Source: Sphingomonadaceae bacterium (GTDB lineage Bacteria > Pseudomonadota > Alphaproteobacteria > Sphingomonadales > Sphingomonadaceae). From it: a stretch of 64,000 nucleotides of DNA. The stretch covers positions 26,223-90,222 of the forward strand of contig JAWKXQ010000009.1 of the NCBI GenBank assembly GCA_041396905.1, read 5' to 3'. The position numbers and the translations under genes are program-made. Under the pieces are notes generated by a model, which ran no database searches, was not told the DNA's origin, and saw only the letters and a list, made by a program, of their open reading frames with translations. Of the stretch, positions 35,849-44,263 are shown in pieces. Position 1 is the stretch's first letter; each line of letters opens with the position of its first letter.

Positions 35849-36613
35849 ATGGAATCGCAACTTTCGGGCAAGATCGCGCTGGTGACTGGGGGTGGTCAAG
35901 GTGTCGGACAGGGAATCGCGCTCGCTTTGGCGGCGGCGGGGGTGAAGCTCGCTCTGTTCGGGCGGACTGAGAGCAAATTGGTCGCAACACAGGAATTGGT
36001 GGAAGCGCGCGGCAGCGAGGCGCTGGCCATGGCCGGCGATGTGTGCAGCGCCGCAGACCTTGAGCGCGCTGTGGCTGAGGCGACAGAACGCTTTGGCGGG
36101 ATCGACATCCTCGTCAATAATGCCCAGCAAGTGCCCAATGGCCCGCTGGAGAAGGTCAGCGACGAAGCCTATCTGCGCGGTTTCGAATCCGGCCCGCTGG
36201 CAGTGTTGCGGCTGATGAAGCTGGTCCGCCCGATCATGGCGCAGCGCGGCGGGGGAACGATCTTCAACCTCGTCTCCAGCGCCGGGGTGCGCTGGGACAT
36301 GGCAGGCTATGGTGCCTATGGTTCAGTCAAGCAGGCGATCCGCCCGCTGACCCGCGCGGCAGCGTCGGAATGGGGTGGTGACAATATCCGCGTCCTGTCC
36401 ATCGCGCCGCATGCGAAAAGCCCCGGTCTGGTCAAATGGATGGAGCATAATCCCGAAGAGGCCGAGGCATTTTTCCGCACCATCCCGCTGCGCCGCGTGG
36501 GCGAATGCGAAGAGGATATTGGCCGGGCAGTGGTGGCCTTGTGTCAGCCCGAAATGGCCTATCTCACCGGCGCGACGATCCCGCTCGATGGCGGGCAGGC
36601 CAATTTCGACTGA
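35849..36613 (+). CDS. SDR-family oxidoreductase
   Basis: Start trimmed to MESQLSGKIALVTGGGQGVGQGIAL. NNAQQ, YGSVKQA. Confidence 0.85.
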   Translation: MESQLSGKIALVTGGGQGVGQGIALALAAAGVKLALFGRTESKLVATQELVEARGSEALAMAGDVCSAADLERAVAEATERFGGIDILVNNAQQVPNGPLEKVSDEAYLRGFESGPLAVLRLMKLVRPIMAQRGGGTIFNLVSSAGVRWDMAGYGAYGSVKQAIRPLTRAAASEWGGDNIRVLSIAPHAKSPGLVKWMEHNPEEAEAFFRTIPLRRVGECEEDIGRAVVALCQPEMAYLTGATIPLDGGQANFD

Positions 36614-36622
36614 GGCGGCGGC

Positions 36623-37303
36623 ATGGAAAAGATCATCGCCACGCTATGCGGCGAGCAAATGCCTGATCCTGCGGCGCTGGCGGCAGGCCTGCGTGAGGCT
36701 GGTGCAACGGCAGTGCGGATCAATCTGCGCGATGAAGCGGTGGCGCCTGCAGCCGGGCTGGTGCAGCAAAGCGGGGCCAGCCTGCCCGATGCCGTGGTGC
36801 AATTCTGGCTGCCCAGCGCCAATCCGGCGCGGCTGGGGGCGACCGACACAGTGCTGGCCCGTTACGGCACAGTGACAGGGCAATGGCTGGTCACGGAATC
36901 GACCATCATCGCCAACACACTTCATCCACCAATGGCGGGTGAACGCACACATGGCTTTGCGCAAATGGCGTTTCTGACTCTGCCTGAGGGCAGGGCATGG
37001 GCGGACTGGCGGCGCATCTGGCGCGATGGCCATACGCAGGTGGCGATCGATACGCAGTCAAACTTTGAATATGTGCAGAATCTGGTGGTGGAGCCACTCG
37101 CGGACGGCGCCGCGCCCTTTGTCGCGGTAGTCGAGGAATGTTTCCCGCCTGCCGCGATGACTGACCCGCTGACCTTTTTCGATGCCGCTGGCGACAAGGC
37201 AAAGTTTGAGCGCAATCTGGCCGCGATGATGGAAAGCTGCGCACGCTTCATCACGCCGGGGACAATCGACGTGTTTGCTACCAGCCAGTATGATTTTGCT
37301 TAG
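36623..37303 (+). CDS. Hypothetical protein (possibly a duplicated dimeric alpha/beta-barrel, EthD-like)
   Basis: 226-aa ORF with an SD (GAGGCGG) and codon bias like its neighbours. I recognise no catalytic motif. Confidence 0.5.
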   Translation: MEKIIATLCGEQMPDPAALAAGLREAGATAVRINLRDEAVAPAAGLVQQSGASLPDAVVQFWLPSANPARLGATDTVLARYGTVTGQWLVTESTIIANTLHPPMAGERTHGFAQMAFLTLPEGRAWADWRRIWRDGHTQVAIDTQSNFEYVQNLVVEPLADGAAPFVAVVEECFPPAAMTDPLTFFDAAGDKAKFERNLAAMMESCARFITPGTIDVFATSQYDFA

Positions 37304-39018
37304 GTCGCTCGCGCACCCCTGACGAGTTGCCCCGGCTTCGCTCCGGTCAGCTGCCCGTTTCGCCGGATCACTGCGCCCGAAACAATGGTCGCATCATAGC
37401 CGGTTGCACGTTGCGTCAGGCGGCGCCCCCCGGCGGGCAGATCGTGAACGATTTCCGGGCAATGCAGCTGCAGCCGGTCGAGGTCGATCACATTGACGTC
37501 TGCCTTTGCTCCAACGCTCAAAACACCGCGATCCGCCAGCCCGACAGCACGCGCGGCCTTGGCCGAGAGCATATGCACGGCCTCAGCCAGCGGGATGGAC
37601 AAGCCTTCGCGGTTGGGCCCGCGCACGAATTCGCTCAGCAAGTAAGTAGAATAGCTCGCATCGCAGATCGCACCATAATGCGCGCCGCCATCGCCCAATG
37701 CGGGCACGCAATGCGAGTGGTTGAGCATCTGATGCGCGCCTTGTAGCGTGGCCCCTTCATAATTGCCCAGCGCCACCATGAAAAAGCCCTTGCCGCCGGT
37801 TTCCAGCAAACGGTCATAGGCGACTTCCTGCGGACTGCATCCGCGCGCGCGGGCCTGATCGGCGATGCTGCAGGATTTGGGCGGGGCATAGTCTGGCGGA
37901 TCATTCAGCGGGAACATCCATTCCCAATTGCGACCCAGCGCGTTGAAGGGATGGCCCTCAGTGAAATTCTCTGTCAGCAGCGCTTCTCGCAAGTCCGGAT
38001 CGCGCATGGCGGAGAGTTTCTGATCCAGCGGCAGGTCTGCGATCTTCGCCCAGCTGGGGCACAGGACGAAGGGATGGACGGTCAGCTCCAGCCCGGCGAT
38101 CAGCCCGATCGGGCGTGGCATGACCTGCGCGTTCACATGCTGTCCGGCGGCGTTGGACCTATCCAGCAGGTCGAGAACTTCGCGCCAGCCACTATCGCCG
38201 TCATTGCCGGATGCCAGCGTAAAGGTTCCCGCAAGGCCGGTTGCCCTGGTCACTTCTTCGACAAAGCGATATTCCACATCCCACCGGCGAAAAGCATCAA
38301 GCACGATCTGGAAGGTTCCGCCGCCACCCTCGGCGACGCCGTGGCAGATCTCGGTCAGTTCACGCACATCCGCTTCGAAGCTGGGAATGCTGCCGCCATC
38401 GGCGGTCTTGTGGATGGACAGGCGCGATGTGGCAAAGCCGAGCGCACCCGCTTCCACCGCTTCCCGCGCGAGCTGGCGCATCAGCGCGAGGTCGTCTTCC
38501 GTCGCCGGTTCCTGCGCCGCGCCGCGCTCGCCCATGGCAAAGACCCGCAATGGGCTGTGCGGCAGATAGGCGGCAACGTCGATATCGCGTTTGCCCGCGG
38601 CCACACGGTCGAGATATTCGGGAAAGCTCTGCCAGTTCCATGGCAGGCCGTCCGCCATCACCACGCCGGGGATGTCCTCAACCCCCTCCATCACGCGGAT
38701 CAGCAGATCGTGATCCTCCGCACGGCAAGGAGCAAAGCCGACCCCGCAATTGCCCATCACCGCCGTCGTCACGCCATGGGCAGAGGATGGATCGAGCACG
38801 TCCGACCAGATCGCCTGACCATCATAGTGGGTATGCACATCGACAAAGCCGGGGGTGACGATCCGCCCCTTGGCGTCGATCTCTTCCGCGCCTTTGCCGG
38901 ACACTTCGCCTATGGCGGCAATGCGCCCGCCTGAAATGGCAAGGTCGCCCTCGAGCAAATCGCCGCCGGTTCCGTCAGCGATTGTGCCGCCGCGAATGAT
39001 CAGGTCAAAATCGCTCAT
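37300..39018 (-). CDS. N-acyl-D-amino-acid deacylase (D-aminoacylase) family amidohydrolase
   Basis: 572 aa. DLIIRGGTIADGTG...GRIVTPGFVDVHTHYDGQ is the family N-terminal signature. Confidence 0.8.
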   Translation of the reverse strand: MSDFDLIIRGGTIADGTGGDLLEGDLAISGGRIAAIGEVSGKGAEEIDAKGRIVTPGFVDVHTHYDGQAIWSDVLDPSSAHGVTTAVMGNCGVGFAPCRAEDHDLLIRVMEGVEDIPGVVMADGLPWNWQSFPEYLDRVAAGKRDIDVAAYLPHSPLRVFAMGERGAAQEPATEDDLALMRQLAREAVEAGALGFATSRLSIHKTADGGSIPSFEADVRELTEICHGVAEGGGGTFQIVLDAFRRWDVEYRFVEEVTRATGLAGTFTLASGNDGDSGWREVLDLLDRSNAAGQHVNAQVMPRPIGLIAGLELTVHPFVLCPSWAKIADLPLDQKLSAMRDPDLREALLTENFTEGHPFNALGRNWEWMFPLNDPPDYAPPKSCSIADQARARGCSPQEVAYDRLLETGGKGFFMVALGNYEGATLQGAHQMLNHSHCVPALGDGGAHYGAICDASYSTYLLSEFVRGPNREGLSIPLAEAVHMLSAKAARAVGLADRGVLSVGAKADVNVIDLDRLQLHCPEIVHDLPAGGRRLTQRATGYDATIVSGAVIRRNGQLTGAKPGQLVRGARAT

Positions 39019-39563
39019 GCCCGCTCCACATCTGCCCAGATGGCACCGGCTTCATGCGTGTCGAGATCAACTGTCCCGCGCACACCCAGCGCGGCGCGGG
39101 CTTGGTCCAGCGGCAGGTCCCAGTAATCTTCCATCTTCGCCATCCAGAATGCGTCTGACTGACGGGCAATGGCCATGCCCTGTTCCATGCATTGCAGCGC
39201 TGTGCCCCACACTTGCGGGTAATGCAGCACAGTGCGGATGACATAACGCATGGTGCCCAGAATCCCCATCGCGTTCATTTCGCCTGCCAGTTCCTTGTTG
39301 GCGATGAACTTGTCGATCGTGCCGAGGCGAAACCAATAGGGGATCAGCTCGCCCATGTAATTGAACCCGCCGCCGGTCAGTATGTGTTCGAAATCATGCG
39401 TCTCCGCAGCAGGCGGATAATCCGGCCCGTTGCGCCGCAGCGCAATCTTGGCGATCCAGTCACGCAGGCGTGGATCATTGAGATATTTGGAAGAAGAGAT
39501 CAGCACGGAGGAATCGGTGCCCAGCAACGCCACCCCGCGCGCGAGATAGGGAATATCATCCAT
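39015..39563 (-). CDS. Coq4-like putative metal-binding protein (short form)
   Basis: HDFEH-x11-E (HDFEHILTGGGFNYMGE) matches the Coq4 HDxxH-x11-E motif. The start is chosen at the ATG preceded by GAGAGGA. The upstream ORF extension overlaps the divergent gene. ATGA overlap with the amidohydrolase. Confidence 0.5.
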   Translation of the reverse strand: MDDIPYLARGVALLGTDSSVLISSSKYLNDPRLRDWIAKIALRRNGPDYPPAAETHDFEHILTGGGFNYMGELIPYWFRLGTIDKFIANKELAGEMNAMGILGTMRYVIRTVLHYPQVWGTALQCMEQGMAIARQSDAFWMAKMEDYWDLPLDQARAALGVRGTVDLDTHEAGAIWADVERA

Positions 39564-39590
39564 CGCCTGCATCCTCTCATTTTGCATTTC

Positions 39591-39610
39591 TTGCGAGCAA
39601 TGATACGCAA
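39591..39610. promoter_or_regulatory. Variant inverted repeat TTGCGAGCAATGATACGCAA (TTGCG-N10-CGCAA) in a divergent promoter region
   Basis: Shares the TTGCG/CGCAA cores with the main operator but has short spacing. Confidence 0.25.
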
Positions 39611-39657
39611 TTGGAAAATAGAATCCATAATGAATGTGGAAATGCGAAGGGATTGTG

Positions 39658-40422
39658 ATGTCTGATAACGCAAATGGCGGTGGTTGCGTGATTGTGTTCG
39701 GGGCCAGTGGCGGGATCGGCTCTGCCATTACCCGCGTGCTGGCACTGGATGGGATGCCCCTCGCGCTGGTCTGCAACCGCAAGCGTGACATGGCCGAGCA
39801 ACTGGCGGCTGAGATCGGTCAGGGGGCCAGCGTGCATCGGGGCGATGTCTCCACCCCCGATGGCGCGGCAGGCATCATTGCTGAAGCGCTTGCCACGCAT
39901 GGCCGGATCAGCGGGCTGGTCTGGGCTGCCGGGCCGCTGGTGCAGCAGCATTTCATGGGGCAGGTCAGCGATGAGGAATGGCAACGCTCGCTCGACATAG
40001 AGACCAGCGGCTTCTTTCGGGCATTACGCGCCGTATTGCCTGCGATGAAGCGGAACGGAGGCGGGGCGATTGTCCATCTCGGCTCTGCCGGTCATCTGCG
40101 CTGGCCTGATCGCGATGGCCTGTCGGTTGTGCCCAAGGCGGCCAATGAAGCGCTGGTCAAAGGGATTGCGCGCGAGGAAGGGCGCCATGGCATCCGCGCC
40201 AATTCCGTGCTGGTCGGCGTGATTGATGCGGGCATGTTCCACGAATTGATGGAGCAGGGCCAGTTCCCCGATGGCTGGGTGGAAGAAACGTTGAAAGCGC
40301 TGGCGATCAAGCGCTGGGGGCAGGCGGAAGAGGTTGGCCATGCGGTCAGTTGGTTGCTGTCGGACAAATCTGCCTATGTTACAGGGCAACAGATCGCCGT
40401 GGCCGGTGGTTATGGAATTTGA
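39658..40422 (+). CDS. SDR-family oxidoreductase
   Basis: Start trimmed to MSDNANGGGCVIVFGASGGIGSAI after GAAGGGA. Confidence 0.8.
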   Translation: MSDNANGGGCVIVFGASGGIGSAITRVLALDGMPLALVCNRKRDMAEQLAAEIGQGASVHRGDVSTPDGAAGIIAEALATHGRISGLVWAAGPLVQQHFMGQVSDEEWQRSLDIETSGFFRALRAVLPAMKRNGGGAIVHLGSAGHLRWPDRDGLSVVPKAANEALVKGIAREEGRHGIRANSVLVGVIDAGMFHELMEQGQFPDGWVEETLKALAIKRWGQAEEVGHAVSWLLSDKSAYVTGQQIAVAGGYGI

Positions 40423-40443
40423 ACACAGAGCAGGGGAATTCGC

Positions 40444-41373
40444 ATGACACTTAACCCGCAGGTCGCACAAATGCTGGCCGCCATGGCCGAGGCACCGCCG
40501 ATTGATTTCGAGAATTCCACCGCGCAGCAAGTGCGTGCCGCCTATGATGCGATGATTTTCCCGGGGGAGCCCATCGCCATGGCCCGGGTGGAGGATGTTG
40601 CGATCCCCTTGGCTGGGCGCTCGCTGGCGGCGCGGCTCTATATTCCGGAAGGGGCAGGGGAAGCACCGCCGCTCACTCTTTTCTTCCATGGCGGGGGCTG
40701 GGTGCTGGGCAATCTCGACACGCATGATGCCAGTTGCCGCGCGCTGGCACGGGCGAGCGGAGTAGCATTGCTGGCGCTCGATTATCGGCTTGCGCCAGAG
40801 CATCGCTATCCGGCGGCGGCGGATGATTGTCATGATGCGCTGTGTTGGGTCGTGGAAAACGGGACGCAATTGGGGATCGACCCGTCGCGTCTGGCCGTGG
40901 CGGGGGACAGTGCCGGGGGTAATCTGGCCGCTGTTACGGCACTGCAGGTGCGTGATCGGGGCGGGCCTGCGCTACGCCATCAATTGCTGATCTATCCGGT
41001 AACCGCGCGCGATTTCACCACGCCATCCTATGTGGCCAATGGCGGCGGCGAGTATTTCCTCAGCAAAGCAAGCATGCGCTGGTTCTGGGATCATTATGCG
41101 GGTGGTATCGAGGATGCGCCGCTGGCCGATATTCTGGGCACGCCCGACCTGTCTGGCCTTGCCCCGGCGACAGTTATCACGGCTGAATATGATCCGCTAC
41201 GCGACGAAGGGGATCGCTATGCCGTGCGGCTGGCGGAGCAAGGCGTGGCGGTGGACGCGGCTTGCGCACCGGGGATGATCCACGGCTTCTTCTCGATGTT
41301 CCAGATGGTGCCCGCCGCGCTGGAATGGATCGAGCGCGGCGGTGCCAATCTGCGTGCGGCTTTATCCGACTAA
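40444..41373 (+). CDS. Alpha/beta-hydrolase fold-3 esterase/lipase (HSL family IV)
   Basis: 309 aa. FFHGGGWVLG oxyanion motif, GDSAGGNLA nucleophile elbow. Confidence 0.9.
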   Translation: MTLNPQVAQMLAAMAEAPPIDFENSTAQQVRAAYDAMIFPGEPIAMARVEDVAIPLAGRSLAARLYIPEGAGEAPPLTLFFHGGGWVLGNLDTHDASCRALARASGVALLALDYRLAPEHRYPAAADDCHDALCWVVENGTQLGIDPSRLAVAGDSAGGNLAAVTALQVRDRGGPALRHQLLIYPVTARDFTTPSYVANGGGEYFLSKASMRWFWDHYAGGIEDAPLADILGTPDLSGLAPATVITAEYDPLRDEGDRYAVRLAEQGVAVDAACAPGMIHGFFSMFQMVPAALEWIERGGANLRAALSD

Positions 41374-42105
41374 CTGCCCGCCATCGACGGTAAAGGCGCT
41401 GCCGGTGATCTTGGCAGCGTCAGTGCTGGCGAGATAGGCGACCATGCTGGCAATATCTTCCGGCTGGCAGATGCCATTTTCCAGCTTGGGCGCGGAGCGC
41501 ATCACGATGGACCAGTCCACATCGCCTTCGGGCGGGGCCTGATTGCCCATCGGCGTATCGACCTGGCCGGGGCAGACGGCGTTCACGCGCACGCCCTGTG
41601 CGGCATATTCGACCGCCAGACTGCGGGTCAGCCCCAGCACACCATGTTTCGCGGCAGTATAGGCCGCGGAATAGGCGATGCCATCCAGCGCAGCGGTGGA
41701 GGCCATGTTGACGATGTTGCCCCTGCTCGGCAGCAAATGCGGGATCGCCGCCCGGCACATGGCAAACACACCCACCAGATTGATCTGCAGCAGCCGGTTG
41801 AAGCGTGCTTCCTCGAAACTGGCGGTCGGCCCCCAGTCGAGCATCCCGGCGATATTGCACAGCACATCCAGCGGCCCCGTCGATGTCGCATCTGCAACCA
41901 GCGCATGGCAGCTTGCCACATTGCTCGCATCAAAGGGCACGGCGCGGTGATCGCCATCAAGGCTGGCCAGCGTCTCTGCCAGCCCCGCCTCGTTGACGTC
42001 TGCGATCACCAGCGCGGCGCCTTCGCTTGCCAGCCGCTGAGCCGTGGCGCGGCCGATGCCCGATGCTGCCCCGGTGACGATGGCCCGTTTGCCAGAAAAA
42101 CGCAT
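41362..42105 (-). CDS. SDR-family oxidoreductase
   Basis: Start trimmed to MRFSGKRAIVTGAASGIGRATA after AAGAGGAG. YTAAKHG. Confidence 0.85.
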   Translation of the reverse strand: MRFSGKRAIVTGAASGIGRATAQRLASEGAALVIADVNEAGLAETLASLDGDHRAVPFDASNVASCHALVADATSTGPLDVLCNIAGMLDWGPTASFEEARFNRLLQINLVGVFAMCRAAIPHLLPSRGNIVNMASTAALDGIAYSAAYTAAKHGVLGLTRSLAVEYAAQGVRVNAVCPGQVDTPMGNQAPPEGDVDWSIVMRSAPKLENGICQPEDIASMVAYLASTDAAKITGSAFTVDGGQLVG

Positions 42106-42128
42106 AATCGCAACTCCTCTTCCCTTAA

Positions 42129-42160
42129 TTGCGTAACACTCTATCATTTCAGTTACGCAA
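42129..42160. promoter_or_regulatory. Perfect operator TTGCGTAAC-N14-GTTACGCAA (equals TTGCGTAA-N16-TTACGCAA)
   Basis: 18/18 palindrome read directly. It fills most of the 68-nt gap between divergent start codons (42105 and 42174). Confidence 0.6.
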
Positions 42161-42173
42161 AGCGAGGTTGAAA

Positions 42174-42665
42174 ATGGATATTGAGCAAAGAATCGCAAGA
42201 ATCGAAGCAGACCGGGCGATCCGGGATCTCAAGATGCGCTATCTCCGCGCGGCCGATGCGAAAGATCCCGACACGATGCGCGATTGCTTTCTGCCCGATG
42301 CCAAAATCCGCTTTGACGGGTTCCCTGATTTTGATGATCGCGACAGCTTCATTGCCATCTATCGCGAGCTGGGTTGTGCGCCCGGCATTTTCGACATTCA
42401 TCAGGGCGGGACGGGTGTTGTTGAATTCGACACTGTCGAACAGGCGCGCGGCTGGTGGCCGCTCTATTTTCACAACATCAATCTGGGGCAGGGCACGCTC
42501 ACGCAGATGGGGGTGGAATATGAGGATATTTACGTCCTGCGCGAAGGCCGCTGGTGGATTGCGCAAAGCGCTTCCAGCCGAAAAAGCTGCCTGATCCATT
42601 CAGTGGACGGGGCCGGCAATGCGCTGGTGCAGGTGATGGGCGAAGCACCGCAGAGCTTTGGCTGA
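42174..42665 (+). CDS. BaiE-like NTF2/SnoaL_4 protein (hydroxysteroid dehydratase candidate)
   Basis: 163 aa. IEQRIARIE...DLKMRYLRAAD parallels the BaiE N-terminus. Tyr23, Asp28 and His76 have the same spacing as BaiE Tyr30/Asp35/His83 as I recall them. GRWWI near the C-terminus versus GQWYI in BaiE. Confidence 0.65.
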   Translation: MDIEQRIARIEADRAIRDLKMRYLRAADAKDPDTMRDCFLPDAKIRFDGFPDFDDRDSFIAIYRELGCAPGIFDIHQGGTGVVEFDTVEQARGWWPLYFHNINLGQGTLTQMGVEYEDIYVLREGRWWIAQSASSRKSCLIHSVDGAGNALVQVMGEAPQSFG

Positions 42666-42677
42666 AGTGCGCCGCGA

Positions 42678-44126
42678 TCAGCTGACCTGATAGGCCTCCC
42701 ACTCAGGCGTTTCCATAGCCTTTTCAAAATCCTGATAAGACCAGGGCCAGGTCATCGGTACCCCTTCCGCGTCGAGATACCAGCTGGTGCAGCCACTGGC
42801 GAAAATCGTTCCGCGGGCGGCTGCGATGCGTTTGTCCTCATAGGCTGCAAAGGCGCTGTCACTGGCGACAACGGCAGTCGCATTGCCAGCTGCAATGGGC
42901 CGGATGAGCTGCTCCACATAAGTCCACTGGATCTCCGCCACTTCGATCAGGGAGAAATTGCCAACCGGCGAAGTCGGGCCATTGAGCATGAACAGATTGG
43001 GGAAATGCGGGATGGATATGGCCATATAGGCGCTGCACCGCGTCGCCCATGCGGTCTCCAGATCGATACCATCTGTGCCCTCAACCACCATGGGCCGCAT
43101 GAAGCGATCTGCATGGTAACCCGTTGCCAGAGCGAGGATATCCAGTTCGTGGAAAGTGCCTTCCCTGTCTCTGATGCCACCCGGTTCGACAGTGTCGATT
43201 CCACACACAACAGTTTCGACATTGGGCAATTGCGCAGCCTCGTAATAGTGGCTGGAATAGATCAGTCGCTTGCAGGCGGCACGATAATCGGGGCGCAATT
43301 TCTCGCGCAGCACCGGATCGGTGACCGATTCCAGATTCTGCAGGCAATAGGTCTCGATTTCCTGCATCGCGTCGGAATCCGGATTCACCAGCCCTTCATT
43401 GAAGCGATAGACCCCGTTCCAGTAGAAATCGTCGTTACGCAGAGCCTCTATGGCGCCGGGATTGTTGCGGAAATTCTCCAGCTCCTCTTCGCTATATTCG
43501 TAATCCGGGATCGGCATGATCCATTGCGGGGAGCGCTGGAAATTGACGATCTGATGGCCATCCAGCCCCAGTTTTGTGGTCATCTGCACCCCGGTTGACC
43601 CGCTGCCGATAATCCCGATGCGCTTGCCAGACAGGTCCAGTTCCGGTTCCCAGCGCGCAGTATGCATGGCCTTGCCCGCAAAGCTCTCCAGCCCCGGAAT
43701 ATCGGGAATCTTGGGGTGGTGGAGCACGCCGGTGGCTGCGATCACAACCTCTGCTTCAGTATGGGTTCCGTCTGCAAATTCCAGCTGCCAGCGGGTTCCG
43801 TCCCACCGGGCGGCAGTGATTTCGCTGTTGAAACGGATCAGCGGCCTGATCCCGAAATCATCGACCACCTTTTCAAAATAGGCCTGAATCTCTGGGCCGG
43901 AGGCGTGGTACCCACTCCATTCCGGGTTCAGAGCAAAGGAAAAGCTGTAATTATGCGCCGGGACATCGCAGCTCAGCCCGGGATAGACATTGTCACGCCA
44001 TGTGCCCCCGATCCGGTCGGCCTTTTCATAGACTGTGACATGGTCATGCCCGGCCTGCCGCAGCTTGATCGCGGCCAAAATGCCGGACATGCCAGCACCA
44101 ATGATCGCAAATCGCGTTGCTGACAT
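42678..44126 (-). CDS. Type I Baeyer-Villiger (flavin-containing) monooxygenase
   Basis: FAIIGAGMSG and GSGSTG Rossmann motifs. The BVMO fingerprint FAGKAMHTARWE (FxGxxxHxxxW). Start chosen at 44126 (GGGAGA SD); the alternative ATG at 44159 lacks an SD. Confidence 0.85.
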   Translation of the reverse strand: MSATRFAIIGAGMSGILAAIKLRQAGHDHVTVYEKADRIGGTWRDNVYPGLSCDVPAHNYSFSFALNPEWSGYHASGPEIQAYFEKVVDDFGIRPLIRFNSEITAARWDGTRWQLEFADGTHTEAEVVIAATGVLHHPKIPDIPGLESFAGKAMHTARWEPELDLSGKRIGIIGSGSTGVQMTTKLGLDGHQIVNFQRSPQWIMPIPDYEYSEEELENFRNNPGAIEALRNDDFYWNGVYRFNEGLVNPDSDAMQEIETYCLQNLESVTDPVLREKLRPDYRAACKRLIYSSHYYEAAQLPNVETVVCGIDTVEPGGIRDREGTFHELDILALATGYHADRFMRPMVVEGTDGIDLETAWATRCSAYMAISIPHFPNLFMLNGPTSPVGNFSLIEVAEIQWTYVEQLIRPIAAGNATAVVASDSAFAAYEDKRIAAARGTIFASGCTSWYLDAEGVPMTWPWSYQDFEKAMETPEWEAYQVS

Positions 44127-44263
44127 TGCGGTTTCTCCCGATATTTCTCCATCAGACATATCGCAAACCGTGAAATGCGCAAATATTTATCCTTTCAATT
44201 TCGCATTTAGCGGTTAGAGTCGCAAAAAACACGATGTTTGCGTCAGCTTGGGAGAGATTCGAC

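Noticed and set aside
39564-39791. Upstream extension of the Coq4-like ORF to 39791
   Set aside because: It would run through the divergent promoter and into the SDR gene starting at 39658. It has no SD, whereas GAGAGGA precedes the internal ATG at 39563.
44160-44263. Operator in the BVMO/SDR intergenic region (ATGCGCAA at 44175-44182, TTGCGTCA at 44238-44245)
   Set aside because: The half-site-like octamers have no partner at the N16 spacing in either direction. I treat them as decayed fragments only (see the shared 14-mer finding).
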